Source: Macrostomum lignano
Taxonomy: Eukaryota
Length of the DNA stretch: 64,000 nt
Direction: 5' to 3'
Assembly (NCBI GenBank): GCA_002269645.1
Contig: NIVC01000106.1
Location: 868,001 to 932,000 of the forward strand
Notes under the pieces: generated by a model
Told to the model about the DNA's origin: nothing
Seen by the model: the letters and a program-made list of their open reading frames with translations, nothing else
The model's database searches: none
Translations under genes and position numbers: made by a program
Shown: positions 10,801-23,130 of the stretch, one piece after another
How positions within the stretch are numbered: the first letter of the stretch is position 1
How the letters are laid out: every line of letters begins with the position of its first letter

Positions 10801-13800
10801 CCTACTCTACCGCAGGCACGCATCGGCGGACCTCACAGAGCGCAGTCGGCGCAGTTTGGTCCGCCTCATGTACAAACTAGCTCTGGAAGGCGTCGATCTA
10901 CAAGCCAGAAACGTCGCCGGAGACACCGCCTTGCTGACTGCGGCCAACCCGACTTCGGCGATGCCGTCGGCCTCCTCGGCAACTCTTCCACCGGACCGTC
11001 AACTACTGGAACATCTTCTTCGCCTGGGCGTCGACGCGGGACTTCGCGGAGCCGGTGGTCGCGGTCTGGCCTCGTCTAGCTTCGGTCCCGACCTCCGACT
11101 GCAGCGAGGCGGCTGCCCGCGTTTTCGGGTGCCGGGACTGACAGCGGCGGTCCGCGACGCCGACGTCGGTCGAGTGCGTCGCTGGTTGGCGAGCCTTGGC
11201 CGCGTTGAAGCGGTCAGCAACGGCAGGAGCCTCCTTCAACTGGCAAGGGAAGCTGGTGGCGAGGTGGCCCGTCTGGTGGAGGCGGCCAGGCAGACGACGG
11301 AGTTCGCTGCGGCGGTGATGGCCGGAGATTTGGTTGCCATGCGGCGATGGCTGGCGATGGGCGGCGCAAATCGACTTGTCAACGCCTGTTTCCGGTGAGA
11401 GACTTTAATCTCGAGGCAGAGCAGCTAGTCTGCACGAAATTGGACTGGGGCTTGACTTTCAATCTAGCCCATGAGGGCCAAACTCCCTACCTACCTACAA
11501 GAGTTTGTTCATGCCCAACAATGAAAAGCCATGGCAAAGTCGCTGACAGCACAACAGGTCGTTTGGACGGGCATCTAGGGCTGCGATGGTGACTTGCTCA
11601 TTGCTGATTTTGAAGGCGTCGTGCAGCAAGACAGCCTCGAACAACTCCTGGAACAAGGCCGTCCTCTGGCGGCCTTGAACTGAAGAAGGCAACTCAGGCA
11701 AGCCCGCGACGATGCCGCAGATTTTCGTAGACGCTGGACAACAGACCGCCCGGATTGACGAACTGCTGACATCGACAGGCGCACACACTCGATGTTTAGT
11801 AGACGCCGACGCCCTGGACTCGGTCGGCTTGCCCTGTGGCGCTGTTTTCATAAGACCTGACAGCGTTTATTTTGTTTTTTTTGTAGACCCGTGCCTGCGT
11901 TCGAATGTCCGTGTGCGCGTACTCTGGGATCAGCAGAATCGTCTCTCCTGCTTCTTATCGCTAAGTCGGCTTAGGCACTCCTCCTGCAAGCTAGCAAACA
12001 CTCCCAACAACCTTAAAATTATGGGTTTTTATCTAGCTACCACTACCTCATAGCTTACCTACACCATCCCCATCCGCCTCATTCCTGCTCACCCACTCAC
12101 TCGCCTTCAGCTTCCACTTCGTTGGCCTCAGTACAGACGGCCTGACACCTGAGTTCGCCAACCGCCCTTTGCTCGCCGCAGCCGTAGAGTTCGCCCCAGC
12201 CAGCGTTGTCGACTGTCTGCTTCGCTTTGGAGCTCGTCTCGACGTCCAGTGCGAGGAGAGACACCCCTGCGGCCCGGCCGCTTTCTGGGTATTCAACGAC
12301 GCGCCGTTTGGTGCGGCCGTAGGCGGGACGGCCGTCGCCGAAACCGTAGCCGCCTGGGCCGACGCTCGGCATCTCAGAGATGAGCTCGGGCGCACGCTTC
12401 TGCATGCAGCCATCGAGTGGCGCGAACTCAACGATGAGGAAACGTCGTCAACGCCTAACTCAGAAGATTTAGCATCGGGGGCTAAGTCGCTTGCGCCTCC
12501 AGCGACTCTATTACAATCGAAATCGTTTCATTCAATGCTGAACTCAGTTCGGCCTGAGTCTTCGCTTAGACGGTGCCTCAGATCGACGTCATTTTACACA
12601 TCGTCTAAAGTGCAACCGTCCACCGAGTACAAAGTGCAACCGTCCACCGAGTCCAAAGTGCAATCATCCACCGAGTCCAAAGTGCAACCGTCCACCGAGT
12701 CCAAAGTGCAACCGTCCACCGAGTCCAAAGTGCAACCGTCCACCGAGTACAAAGTGCAACCGTCCACCGAGTCCAAAGTGCAACCGTCCACCGAGTACAA
12801 AGTGCAACCGTCCACCGAGTCCAAAGTGCAACCATCCACCGAGTACAAGGTGCAACTGTCCACCGAGTCCAAAGTGTCGCTGTCAGAGGCCAGACATCGA
12901 GTTATTCGCCGTCTGTTAGCACGAGGGGCACCGTTGGCCGCTCGCGACGCGTCAAGTCGAACAGCTCGAGACTTGGCTAGTGCCGTTGGTGACTTGGAAG
13001 TCTGCCGCCTGCTCGACAATCACGTGACCGAGTTGGCCCGTCGAGGCGACCTAGACAGCGTCGAGCAACTGATTCTCGAAGCCTACGACGCAGGTTTCGA
13101 CGGCGCCACGGCGTTAATCGCCGCTCGGCGCCACGATCGCGATCTGCTGCGCTTGCTAGGCGAGGCACCGCGCTACCGGCGCCAAATCGCCGCGCTACAC
13201 GCATCCATAGCCACCGGAGGCGCCGTCGCCGCTGCTGCTTTTGCTCGATTTGCCGGTGAGAAACGGCTGGCGCTCGGCTTGGACCGACGTGGCCGCAACC
13301 TCCTGCACGCCGCCGCGCTGTCCGGCGAGGCCGCACTGGCCGGCTCCGTGGCCGAGCGGCTTCCTGCGCTGGCTGGACAGGGCGACTGTCTGGGTCGGAC
13401 ACCGGCGCACTATGCGGCTTGTCTGGCCGACTCGAAAGCGACGCTGTCAGCAATTTCTCGAGCGATCGGCGGTTTGGACATGTTGATTAAAGATGCCGTG
13501 AGGATTTGCGATTGACTTCTTTAGTAAACTGTCTATATATGCTCTCGACGAGTAGCAAGTGGCGCTATTAGTCAGGTTGAGTGAAAAAACTGATGGCTTT
13601 ATTATGACTCTAATATTCAAATTGGGCGCCTATTTTTTTCAATTGGACACCTATGTATCTCTTATCTGGGCGCCCCAGTGTTTAAGTTCGGCGCCACTGT
13701 GTCTGAATTGGGTATACCAGTGTGTCTGAATTGGGTATACCAGTGTGTCTGAATTGGGTATACCAGTGTGTCTGAATTGGGTACACCAGTGTGTCTGAAT

Positions 13801-16583
13801 TGGGTACACCAGTGTGTCTGAATTGGGTACACCAGTGTGTCTGAATTGGGTATACCAGTGTGTCTGAATTGGGTACACCAGTGTGTCTGAATTGGGTACA
13901 CCAGTGTGTCTGAATTGGGTACACCAGTGTGTCTGAATTGGGTACACCAGTGTGTCTGAATTGGGTACACCAGTGTGTCTGAATTGGGTATACCAGTGTG
14001 TCTGAATTGGGTACACCAGTGTGTCTGAATTGGGTACACCAGTGTGTCTGAATTGGGTACACCAGTGTGTCTGAATTGGGTATACCAGTGTGTCTGAATT
14101 GGGTATACCAGTGTGTCTGAATTGGGTATACCAGTGTGTCTGAATTGGGTATACCAGTGTGTCTGAATTGGGTACACCAGTGTGTCTGAATTGGGTATAC
14201 CAGTGTGTCTGAATTGGGTATACCAGTGTGTCTGAATTGGGTACACCAGTGTGTCTGAATTGGGTATACCAGTGTGTCTGAATTGGGCGCCACCGTGTCT
14301 GAATTGGGTATACCAGTGTGTCTGAATTGGGTACACCAGTGTGTCTGAATTGGGTATACCAGTGTGTCTGAATTGGGTATACCAGTGTGTCTGAATTGGG
14401 TATACCAGTGTGTCTGAATTGGGTATACCAGTGTGTCTGAATTGGGTATACCAGTGTGTCTGAATTGGGTACACCAGTGTGTCTGAATTGGGTATACCAG
14501 TGTGTCTGAATTGGGTATACCAGTGTGTCTGAATTGGGTACACCAGTGTGTCTGAATTGGGTATACCAGTGTGTCTGAATTGGGCGCCACCGTGTCTGAA
14601 TTGGGTACACCAGTGTGTCTGAATTGGGTACACCAGTGTGTCTGAATTGGGTATACCAGTGTGTCTGAATTGGGTATACCAGTGTGTCTGAATTGGGTAT
14701 ACCAGTGTGTCTGAATTGGGTATACCAGTGTGTCTGAATTGGGTATACCAGTGTGTCTGAATTGGGTACACCAGTGTGTCTGAATTGGGTATACCAGTGT
14801 GTCTGAATTGGGTATACCAGTGTGTCTGAATTGGGTACACCAGTGTGTCTGAATTGGGTATACCAGTGTGTCTGAATTGGGTACACCAGTGTGTCTGAAT
14901 TGGGTATACCAGTGTGTCTGAATTGGGTATACCAGTGTGTCTGAATTGGGTACACCAGTGTGTCTGAATTGGGTATACCAGTGTGTCTGAATTGGGCGCC
15001 ACCGTGTCTGAATTGGGTACACCAGTGTGTCTGAATTGGGTACACCAGTGTGTCTGAATTGGGTATACCAGTGTGTCTGAATTGGGTACACCAGTGTGTC
15101 TGAATTGGGTACACCAGTGTGTCTGAATTGGGCGCCACCGTGTCTGAATTGGGTATGCCACTGTGTCTGAATTGGGCGCCACCGTGTCTGAATTGGGCGC
15201 CACTGTGTCTGAATTGGGCGCCACTGTGTCTGAATTGGGCGCCACTGTGTCTGAATTGGGCGCCACTGTGTCTGAATTGGGCACCACTGTGTCTGAATTG
15301 GGTATACCACTGTGTCTGAATTGGGTGCCACTGTGTCTGAATTGGGCGCCACTGTGTCTGAATTGGGTACACCAGTGTGTCTGAATTGGGTATACCAGTG
15401 TGTCTGAATTGGGCGCCACCGTGTCTGAATTGGGTACACCAGTGTGTCTGAATTGGGTACACCAGTGTGTCTGAATTGGGTATACCAGTGTGTCTGAATT
15501 GGGTACACCAGTGTGTCTGAATTGGGTACACCAGTGTGTCTGAATTGGGTATACCAGTGTGTCTGAATTGGGTATACCAGTGTGTCTGAATTGGGTATAC
15601 CAGTGTGTCTGAATTGGGTACACCAGTGTGTCTGAATTGGGTACACCAGTGTGTCTGAATTGGGTACACCAGTGTGTCTGAATTGGGTATACCAGTGTGT
15701 CTGAATTGGGTACACCAGTGTGTCTGAATTGGGTACACCAGTGTGTCTGAATTGGGCGCCACCGTGTCTGAATTGGGTATGCCACTGTGTCTGAATTGGG
15801 CGCCACCGTGTCTGAATTGGGCGCCACTGTGTCTGAATTGGGCGCCACTGTGTCTGAATTGGGCGCCACTGTGTCTGAATTGGGCGCCACTGTGTCTGAA
15901 TTGGGCACCACTGTGTCTGAATTGGGTATACCACTGTGTCTGAATTGGGTGCCACTGTGTCTGAATTGGGCGCCACTGTGTCTGAATTGGGTGCCACTGT
16001 GTCTGAATTGGGCGCCACTGTGTCTGAATTGGGCGCCACTGTGTCTGAATTGGGCGCCACTGTGTCTGAATTGGGCGCCACTGTGTCTGAATTGGGCACC
16101 ACTGTGTCTGAATTGGGTATACCACTTGCACTCTGTCTGAATTGGCGTCGCCCTCGTAGAAATAGGCTGCTTATACTACTTACTGTAAGTAGTAAAAGAG
16201 TTTCTTCCAGAAAAGAAACTGAATGCCAATACAAATTTTGCAGAACAATCTCAGCGTATTTGACTATCTAGAGCAGATGGATCGGCCAACACAAAAAAAA
16301 CTGAAGTCACCAAGCAGAAGAATACTTAATTATCAGGTAAGAGTGACTTCATTACGCTTGTATAAAGCTTTACTTTTCTCTAAACCTAATTATTAGCGTT
16401 TTAAATCTGCCTAAACCTGCTTAGGTTAGAGATCTAATAGACATCGAGCGGAGAGCTACAGTTTCAGTTGGCCCAGTTATCAACGAAATCGCTGCTGCAT
16501 CAACCGAAAACGACTCCGAATCGACTGACAGCCAAAAGGCTGACACAGACTTGCCTATGATTCGCATCGATATCGTCGATTGA
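7801..16583 (+). CDS. Large ankyrin-repeat protein with internal duplication. Exons 7801-8140, 8447-8566, 9301-9448, 9665-9876, 10215-10364, 10475-10649, 10816-11394, [11502-11557, 11731-? uncertain], 12111-13497, 16244-16336, 16425-16583
   Basis: Ankyrin motifs GNTALHMAC, GDTYLH, GDTALL, GRTLLHAA, GRNLLHAA, GRTPAHYA. Splice phases are consistent except across 11395-12110. Confidence 0.8.
12607..12870 (+). repeat. Coding 24-nt VNTR (KVQPSTE[S/Y]) x11
   Basis: Frame-preserving tandem repeat inside an open exon. Confidence 0.85.
13690..16125. repeat. Mixed 23/21-nt minisatellite (CCAGTGTGTCTGAATTGGGTATA / CGCCACTGTGTCTGAATTGGG) in ankyrin-gene intron 13498-16243
   Basis: Over 100 copies. A 624-bp block duplication is visible (15119 vs 15743). 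Confidence 0.95.
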
Positions 16584-16615
16584 ACGGTGAATTACGATTT
16601 TTGTTTAGCATACAT

Positions 16616-17290
16616 CTCAACCCCAGCCCACTATCTGATGCGGCTTTCCTTACCCTCAACCCCACTCCACTATCTGATGTGACTTTCCTTACCCCTCAAC
16701 CCCGCCCCACTATCTGATGCGGCTTTCCTTACCCCTCAACCCCGCCCTACTATCTGATGTGACTTTCCTTACCCCTCAACCCCACCCCACTATCTGATGT
16801 GACTTTCCTTACCCCTCAACCCCACCCCACTATCTGATGTGACTTTCCTTATCCCTCAACCCCACTCTACTATCTTATGCGGCTTTCCTTACCCTCAACC
16901 CCACTCCACTATCTGATGTGACTTTCCTTACCCCTCAACCCCGCCCCACTATCTGATGCGGCTTTCCTTACCCCTCAACCCCGCCCTACTATCTGATGTG
17001 ACTTTCCTTACCCCTCAACCCCACCCCACTATCTGATGTGACTTTCCTTACCCCTCAACCCCACCCCACTATCTGATGTGACTTTCCTTACCCCTCAACC
17101 CACTCCACTATCTGATGTGACTTTGCTTACCCCTCAACCCCACCCCACTATCTGATGCGAATTTTCTTACCCCTACAACCCCGCCCCACTATCTGATGCG
17201 GCTTTCCTTACCCCTCAACCCCGCCCCACTATCTGATGCGGCTTTCCTTATCCCTTAACCCCGCTCCCACTATCTGATTGGACCTTTCTC
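16616..17290. repeat. 40-nt C-rich minisatellite between convergent genes
   Basis: CCCTCAACCCCACCCCACTATCTGATGTGACTTTCCTTAC, about 16 copies. Confidence 0.9.
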
Positions 17291-17501
17291 ACCCCTCCAT
17301 TGCCAATGCTAGCAAAATTTTCAAGCTAACGTCCGTCAAAAAATCTGAAACTTTGATTTAAAATCCCAAATAAATTTAAACATCCAAACACTGGTGTTAA
17401 AGTTATTATCATTTTATTTGTCATTTTCTTTTGTTACCATCAATGTACATGCTCAGTCAGAATGGTGTAACATTCGATTAGCGAGTGCTCGACCTCGTCA
17501 G

Positions 17502-18207
17502 TCAGTTGTCGTAGACATAGCCAATCGGTGGGCCGCCCTCCACCTCTTCGCACATGATCTCGTACTTCAGGCACAGTCGCAGCACCTGCAGTCTGTACTT
17601 TTGCTGCGACTCATCGCTTAGGTACCGCCGAATGCGTCTCTCGCCCATGCCTAGTTCCGATGACGTCATAGCAGCTTTGCCGTCGCGAGCGTCGCTAGAT
17701 TCATCGTCGACTAGTGTAGTGGCCATTGTTGTGGAGACAATGACAGCCAGCAGTAGGAGAGCTGAGGGTTGGAGTAGACCGACTGAATTGATGGATTTGA
17801 CAAATGGTGGTGGGTTCGTGAAGGATTGAGCTCGTTTTTACTCAGCTATAGAACTTCTGTTTGCCCAAATTGAGCTGCAGTGAATCGTGAATGTCTGCTT
17901 GAAAGACGAGACACAGCATGGTGTCGGAGTGATTTGGAATGCGATTTTAAACAACAAGAAGGAGCTCTATTTTTGCCAAAATACAAGCTAGTCCTTGTGC
18001 AGTTAGTAATTACTGCCTGTATGCTAAGCATCCACAACTTTATCACCCATTAACTCAGCACCAATCCCCTCAGCCCCCACTACCTCAGTATCCACCATTT
18101 CAGCACCCACCACCTCAGCATCCACCACCTAAGCACCCACCACCTAAGCACCCATGCTAAGATTAATTAAAAACAATTTAAGTTTTCTCACCAAAGAACG
18201 ACCCCAT
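17502..18207 (-). CDS. 98-aa secreted peptide/prohormone-like precursor (exons 18207-18192, 17782-17502)
   Basis: ATG GGG TCG TTC TTT G|gtgaga ... ttcag|TC GGT joins in phase 1. Gives signal peptide MGSFFVGLLQPSALLLLAVIVSTTMA, basic sites GK and RRIRR, and a C-X6-C pair. Confidence 0.65.
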
Positions 18208-19139
18208 GCTTTTGGAAGTTGCGTTTGAAGTTTTTGCTTTTGTATTTTTTGTTGTTGCTGCTATCTAATCAGCACAGATCGGGACACCAAATATGAGAAG
18301 AGGCCGACAAGGTACCGACAGTCCCTCCAAATGACTGCAGATGTAGTCATATTCCCAGTCAGTCGGTCAGTCTCAGCCAGTCAGAGTCCGGCTATTCTCA
18401 TTCGCTCCTTGTGCTCCGATTCGCTGAAGAGAGAGAATCGGCACTGATGCAGAGCAAACTGGTGAAAAAATTCCTAAGAATATTAATAAGGCCCAACTTC
18501 ATTAGTGCCTCTGAGAGTTCATTAGCCGGTAAAGGTGCTTATGGCTGCTGGCGCACCAGGGGCTAATGCTGACTTTATGACCTCCATCCGTGCAGGATAA
18601 TTTCCTGAAGAAGATCTCCGTCTTCCTATTGCCGGATGCAATCTCGAGCCGCCAGATAATATCCGCAGTAGGCCATCCGGCAAGGGGCTAAGCCAGCTGC
18701 CTTATCTATTAATCTGGCTGTCCCCAAGCTGTGGAAGTAACGAACCGTTGACGACACGCATGTAACCAATTCCTTGTGTACTCTTGATTGGAATGACCAG
18801 CGCTGACCCAGCTGAGCCCGTCTCGAATCCAGCTGCCCGAGCGATTCCTAATCCTGTAATCTCTGTTCTGAAATTGATCCAGCCGATATCGTCAGACATG
18901 TACGCTCGTACCGATTATCAAGGACTGATAAAATTTGGGATACATCGGTGATAGACAAATTTACAAGGCCTTCGCTTGGCACTGATAAATATATATATCG
19001 TTTCGATAGAGGCCTTAATCTTATTCATTTCCTGATGAATTTGGTGCAAAAATCGACTGTACAAAATGAAAACTAATGTTAATACAAAAACACGAGCTAC
19101 ATGCATGTACTACAGTCACAACACAAAGCTCCAGAACGA

Positions 19140-19697
19140 TCAGTTCCACAGCCTGCCAAAATCAACTCCGAAGGACGAGTCGAAGACGCTGAATCCGACC
19201 TTCCTGCCCAGCTGGAAACCAGTGCCGAGCACCTTGATCGTCAGCGAGTCGTCCACGATCCCGATGGCGGACGAGACGCCCAGACCGAGGTTGACGTCGA
19301 AGGCGGACATGCGACCTCCAGCGAGGACGAGCTTCGCCCCGTAGCCGAGGCATGTCGGCCCGGCGAATGCCGACACCTCGGCGCCGAACACGGTGAAATC
19401 GATGGTGTCGAGCGGCGTCTCTCCAGAGTTGACCTTCATTAAGCCGGCTCCGATGAGGTACTCGATCTTCGGGCCGGTGTAATTCTTGGTCACCTTCACC
19501 GCGGTCTCGATGAATCCGACCGTGTGCTCTTCAAATTTCTGCAGGCGACCTTCAACTGCTACGACGTAGGCAGACGATGTGTAGGCCATGGAGTCGTAAT
19601 CCGCTGCCGTCAGGATCTCGTCGACGCTGTACTCAACATCAGCATTCAGATTGTTTTCCAATTTTTCCTTGATTGTTGTCTCTAGGCCCGCAGTCAT
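19140..19697 (-). CDS. 185-aa uncharacterised protein with Gly-rich amphipathic beta C-terminus
   Basis: Clean ORF with strong GC3 bias. 5'UTR intron 19722-19944 (g|gtaagt...ttttag). TATAAATA on - strand at 20094-20101. Confidence 0.8.
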   Translation of the reverse strand: MTAGLETTIKEKLENNLNADVEYSVDEILTAADYDSMAYTSSAYVVAVEGRLQKFEEHTVGFIETAVKVTKNYTGPKIEYLIGAGLMKVNSGETPLDTIDFTVFGAEVSAFAGPTCLGYGAKLVLAGGRMSAFDVNLGLGVSSAIGIVDDSLTIKVLGTGFQLGRKVGFSVFDSSFGVDFGRLWN

Positions 19698-20519
19698 GGT
19701 AACTGGTTGGTTTTTGGATATCTAAAATTGGAATTCGTCAGCATGGAGCAGCAAAGTCGGAGGGTGGTCGGTTCGGTTGGTCACCCTAATTTGGGGTTTC
19801 TCAAGATACATTCCGGGTCAAGAAACGCACAATGCGTTACACACTAAGCTGACAAATATCAGGCTGCAAGCACAACCGTTGTGTGCGTCCCTGCACAGGA
19901 ATAGGGTAAACAAGATTAACAAGGTTAACAAGATTTTAACTTACCTTACTGATGAAAATTTAAGGACCTTGGGGCTTAAGAAGTGTTTAAAGTTAACAGT
20001 TTTTTGTCGCATGGAATTTTATCTATTCGGTTTCGAATTTCCAGGGCACGATGAAGAATATTATTTGATGCGCATCTACCCAAGTTATAGTTTTATTTAT
20101 ACTGTCGGCTAGGACGAGTGGTACCACCCCCTGCCGTGCGCGAGCTACTACTAGAGACTACACGCTCAGCACAAGCACAATAAGCTAACTGATTCTGCGC
20201 TGACAGACGCAGATTCAAGAGAATTTCCCAAGCAAACAATGCCGCGAGATGAGAGTCCACTGACCACGCGCTGAACAATAGGCCGTGAGTGAAATTTACT
20301 GACCCTGGCGAAGTTGCTTGCTAGAAAGACGAGGGCTTTGCTTTTTTTGGAAAACTCTGTTTTGCCAGGCATTTCGCTCAGGGCGTAAATGACACATTGC
20401 AGGTTGTTTACAAGAATCTGGACTACAAACTGCTCCTAAAATAACTCTGCAAATTATTTACAACCAAAGTGCCGCTCGAAAATGCAGGCTTAATCAGTGA
20501 GTTCATTACAGTGAGGCCT

Positions 20520-21768
20520 CTCCATTTCTCACCTGTGATGTGTCTCCATTTCTTAGCTGTGATGTGTCTCCATTTCTGACCTGTGATGTGTCTCCATTTC
20601 TGACCTGTGATGTGTCTCCATTTCTGACCTGTGGTGTGTCTCAATTTCTGACCTGTGATGTGTCTCCATTTCTGACCTGTGATGTGTCTCAATTTCTGAC
20701 CTGTGATGTGTCTCCATTTCTGACCTGTGATGTGTCTCAATTTCTGACCTGTGATGTGTCTCAATTTCTGACCTGTGATATGTCTCCATTTCTGACCTGT
20801 GATGTGTCTCAATTTCTGACCTGTGATGTGTCTCAATTTCTGACCTGTGATGTGTCTCCATTTCTGACCTGTGATGTGTCTCAATTTCTGACCTGTGATG
20901 TGTCTCAATTTCTGACCTGTGATGTGTCTCAATTTCTGACCTGTGATGTGTCTCAATTTCTGACCTCTGATGTGCCTCCATTTCTGACCTGTGATGTGTC
21001 TCAATTTCTGACCTGTGATGTGTCTCAATTTCTGACCTGTGATGTGTCTCAATTTCTGACCTGTGATGTGTCTCCATTTCTGACCTGTGATGTGTCTCAA
21101 TTTCTGACCTGTGATGTGCCTCCATTTCTGACCTGTGATGTGTCTCAATTTCTGACCTGTGATGTGCCTCCATTTCTGACCTGTGATGTGTCTCAATTTC
21201 TGACCTGTGATGTGCCTCCATTTCTGACCTGTGATGTGTCTCAATTTCTGACCTGTGATGTGTCTCAATTTCTGACCTGTGATGTGTCTCCATTTCTGAC
21301 CTGTGATGTGTCTCAATTTCTGACCTGTGATGTGTCTCAATTTCTGACCTGTGATGTGTCTCAATTTCTGACCTGTGATGTGTCTCAATTTCTGACCTCT
21401 GATGTGCCTCCATTTCTGACCTGTGATGTGTCTCCATTTCTGACCTGTGATGTGTCTCAATTTCTGACCTGTGATGTGTCTCAATTTCTGACCTGTGATG
21501 TGTCTCAATTTCTGACCTGTGATGTGTCTCCATTTCTGACCTGTGATGTGTCTCAATTTCTGACCTGTGATGTGCCTCCATTTCTGACCTGTGATGTGTC
21601 TCAATTTCTGACCTGTGATGTGTCTCAATTTCTGACCTGTGATGTGCCTCCATTTCTCACCTGTGATGTGCCTCCATTTCTGACCTGTGATGTGTCTCCA
21701 TTTCTGACCTCTGATGTGCCTCCATTTCTGACCTGTGATGTGTCTCAATTTCTGACCTGTGATGTGTT
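20520..21768. repeat. 24-nt minisatellite (TCTGACCTGTGATGTGTCTC[A/C]ATT)
   Basis: About 52 copies. Confidence 0.95.
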
Positions 21769-22597
21769 TTAATTGATTGGTAGCAATTCCAAGAAAACCC
21801 ATCAAGACACCAAATATTGGCGCCCCCTAGGGTTGCGGCCCTCACCAGTTAAAAACTATTGCGTACACAACTACATCTATCCTTAAAAATTGTGATGCAT
21901 GTCGTCTGTCCCTCCGAATATTGATTCTCGATTTCTACATTATACCGTATACAGAAACATACCGGTTATAACCTGGGTCATTTTTTAAACTACTATAAAC
22001 AGTGCGAAAGTTAAAAAGTATGCCAAAAGTCAAGTGTACACGTACTTTATTTACTATAGCTGTTTACACCTGACTGGAGTTTGAACGAGCAAATTACAAT
22101 TCGCGGGAGTGCTGCGGCACACTGGTGCAACGCTTTAGGCCACTTGTGTACATTGTGCTGCTCGGGTGTACATGTACAGCGGCAATAACAATTCCTCGGC
22201 CCATTGTTTTCGTACGTGCACAAGCCTCAAATGAATGTGGCCGCGCAATATTGCATTTGCCGCTGAGATATGCGCTTAAGCTACTTTTAGTAGAGCGAAA
22301 AAGTTCAATTATTTATCCTATTATTTATGCTACCCGCAAATTAAGTGAAATTTTGAACAAATGCAAATTTGCATCATTGAGAGAGCAGCAATTTAAATGA
22401 CACATAGTGAGCAAGTTTTAAATCAATAGAGTTCAATGCAGTTGAAGCACAGTTGAAGAATATTTGACAAATACTAAAGTGCTACTAGTACACCAAATAC
22501 TACTTAATTATAATCACAAATGATCTGGATAGCTCAGTAGGCACATGGATTTATTTTTGTGTAAGAAAAAAGACTTGGTGTACAGGGATGCGAAACG

Positions 22598-23041
22598 CAC
22601 CCTCTACAATGAACTGGGGCCCTCTCAAATGAACTGGCGCTCTCTCAAATGAGCTGGCGAGCTTTACAATGAACTGGCACCCCCTCAAATGAACTGGCGC
22701 CCTCTACAATGAACTAGCGCCATCTACAATGAACTGGCGCCCTCTACAATGAACTGGCGCCATCTACAATGAACTGGCGCCCCCTCAAATGAGCTGGCGC
22801 CCTGTACAATGAACTGGCGCCCTCTACAATGAACTGGCGCCATCTACAATGAACTGGCGCCCCCTCAAATGAACTGGCGCCCTCTACAATGAACTGGCGC
22901 CCTCTACAATGAACTGGCGCCATCTACAATGAACTGGCGCCCCCTCAAATGAACTGGCGCCCTCTACAATGAACTGGCGCCCTCTACAATGAACTGGCGC
23001 CCTCTACAATGAACTGGCGCCCTCTACAATGAACTGGCGCT
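22598..23041. repeat. 20-nt minisatellite (AATGAACTGGCGCCCTCTAC)
   Basis: About 22 copies just downstream of the Rab stop codon. Confidence 0.95.
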
Positions 23042-23130
23042 CTCCCCACTGAAACTCCTACCTACACACTCAATGTAATGAAACGCGAACGGTTTAGCTT
23101 CGCACGCCACTGACTCCGATCAACTCGAGT

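Noticed and set aside
10205-11398. Single 397-aa exon
   Set aside because: The best ankyrin homology switches frame at 10475-10649 with canonical splice sites, so the ORF reads through introns
13651-16234. 750-850-aa ORFs in three frames
   Set aside because: Translations of a stop-free minisatellite inside a GT-AG intron of the ankyrin gene
20423-21805. Long repeat ORFs here and at 31.6, 33, 35.7, 37.8, 39.8, 50 and 51-56 kb
   Set aside because: Satellite translations open in several frames on both strands; most lie in introns
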